Origin: Felis catus
Taxonomy: Eukaryota
Direction: 5' to 3'
Length of the DNA: 64,000 nt
Assembly: GCF_018350175.1 (NCBI RefSeq)
Contig: NC_058369.1
Coordinates: forward strand, 6,636,001-6,700,000
Below, piece after piece: positions 62,217-64,000 of this stretch. Position 1 is the stretch's first letter. Each line of letters opens with the position of its first letter. The notes beneath the pieces are model-generated. The model was not told where the DNA came from. It did not search any database and saw only the letters and a program-made list of their open reading frames with translations. Made by a program: the position numbers and the translations under genes.

Positions 62217-62660
62217 TGTTTATTTATTTTTCAGAGAGAGAGAGAAAGAGAGACAGAATGAGCAGGGGAGGGGCAGAGAGAGAGGGAGACACAGAATCTG
62301 AAGCAGGCTCGAGGCTATGAACTGTCAGCACAGAGCCCGATGCAGGCCTTGAACCCACCAACCGTGAGATCATGACCTGAGCTGAAGTTGGGCGCTTAAC
62401 TGACTGAGGCACCCAGGCACCCCTGTTCTGTTGTCATTAAAACTCAATGTCATTGAGGGGCACCTGGGTGCCTCATTCAGCTCAGGTCATGATCTCATAG
62501 TTTGTGGGTTCGAGCCCTGTGTTGGGCTCTGTGGTGACGGCTGAAAGCCTGGAGCCTGCTTTGGATTCTGTGTCTCCCTCTCTCTCTCTGCCCCTTCCCC
62601 GCTCATGCTCTGTCTCTTTGTCTCTCAAAAATAAACAAAATTTTAAAAGATTAAAAAAAA
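62217..62660. mobile_element. Head-to-head CAN-SINE pair (62217-62424 minus, 62456-62660 plus)
   Basis: caggcacccc and gggggcacctggg heads ~30 bp apart. Confidence 0.88.
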
Positions 62661-62867
62661 GCCAATCCCCAATGATTGCATGCTGTATGATGCTATTAAT
62701 ACATTCCCAAAATAATAACATTAAAGCGATGAGAAACAGATTAGTGGTTGCCAGAGTGACGCTGGGTGGGTGTGCCTGTAAAACACCTTTGCAGTGATAG
62801 AACTGTTCTGAGCCTTGATTGTAGCAGTGCTTATGAAAATCTGCCTATGTAATAGAATGGCATAAAA

Positions 62868-62930
<63 letters not shown>

Positions 62931-63085
62931 TCCATGTAAAACTAGTAAAATCTGAGGTCTATGGATTTTCATAATTAATTTCTTGGTTTTGATATTATAC
63001 TGTAGTTACAGAAGGTGTAACCACTGAGGAGAAATTGACTGAAGCATACAGGGAACTCTGTAGTATATTTTGCAATTTTCCGTGA
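62661..63085 (+). mobile_element. L1MC-like 3' end with (CA)n(GA)n microsatellite at ~62869-62930
   Basis: gagaaacagattagtggttgccag ... aatttcttggttttgatattatactgtagttac. Confidence 0.65.
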
Positions 63086-63430
63086 ATATGGAACTGGAAG
63101 GTATTATGCTAAGTGAAATAAGTCAGTCAGAGAAAGACAGATACCATATGTTTTCACTCATATGTGGATCTTGAGAAACTTAACAGAAGACTATGGGGGA
63201 GGGGAAGGGGGAAAAAAACATAGTTACAGAGAGGGAGGGAGGCAAACTGTAAGAGACACTTGGATACTGAGAACAAACTGAGGGTTGACGGGGGGTGGGG
63301 GAGGGGGGAAAGTGGGTGATGGGCATTGAGGAGGGCACCTGTTGGGATGAGTACTGGGTGTCGTATGGAAGCTAATTTGTCGATAAATTATATTAAAATA
63401 AATAAATAATTAAAAATAAATAAATTAAAA
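63086..63430 (+). mobile_element. Carnivore L1 3' end
   Basis: tggaactggaaggtattatgctaagtgaaataagtcagtcagagaaagacagataccatatg ... A-rich tail. Confidence 0.85.
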
Positions 63431-63521
63431 TATTTTTCCTATAAAAAAATGAAAAATAAAACTAAAAAGCAGAAGTACAGAGTGTGGCATGTTTACGTGC
63501 TGAATAACATGGTTATCTTAA

Positions 63522-63860
63522 TTTTTTTTCATGTTTATTTATTTATTTATTTTGAGACAGAGGAAGAGTGAGCACGAGCAGGGGAGGGGCAGAGAGAGAG
63601 GGAGAGAGAGTATCCCAAGCAGGCTCTGCACTGTCGGCACAGAGCCCAACGTGGGGCTTGAACTCATGAATTGTGAAATCATGACCTGAGCTGAAACCAA
63701 GAGTTGTACATTCAACTGACTAAGCCACCCAGGTGGCCCAAGAGCTCTGTGCTGACGCGTAGAGACTGCTTGGGATTCTCTCTCTCTGCCCCTCCCTGGC
63801 TCATGCTTATTCACACACTCTCTCTCTCTCTCAAAATAAATAAACTTAAAAAAAAAAAAA
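63522..63860. mobile_element. Abutting inverted CAN-SINEs (63522-63738 minus; 5'-truncated 63742-63860 plus)
   Basis: Reverse SINE head cccaggtggccc directly followed by forward SINE body and A tail. Confidence 0.82.
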
Positions 63861-64000
63861 GAGTTGGATGCTTCACTGACAGTCACCCAGGGGCCCCATG
63901 GTTATCTTTCACAATTATTATCAATTGTAACTGCACATTCAATTCCAGTCTTAGTACACTGTCAACTTGGTGAGGGGAGGGACCACACCTGACTCAGCAT

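Overview
Mammalian (felid, judged from abundant SINEC_Fc-type CAN-SINEs and carnivore L1) genomic DNA syntenic with the human ZNF558-MBD3L1-MUC16 cluster. Left: 5' half of ZNF558 on the minus strand (CpG-island promoter ~11.6-12.4 kb, three coding exons including KRAB-A at 4443-2988; KRAB-B and zinc fingers lie left of the window). Middle: MBD3L1 on the plus strand (main coding exon 19013-19621), head-to-head with ZNF558. Right: the 3' end of MUC16 (CA125) on the minus strand, 35 coding exons traced by hand (59688 to 21976, 3500 nt, open frame, about 1165 aa) encoding 8 SEA modules, juxtamembrane segment, TM helix and cytoplasmic tail, with poly(A) signal at 21931-21936. Much of the rest is SINE, L1, L2, MaLR/ERV LTR and DNA-transposon remnants; nearly all ORFs in the supplied track are spurious. 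No wholly new system is evident. The best leads are a spliced N-terminal MGKRKRS extension of MBD3L1, a duplicated 36-nt MUC16 microexon, complementary microsatellite arrays bracketing exactly one in-frame SEA module, and several informative retrotransposition scars. Comparisons to human proteins are from memory and were not run as alignments.
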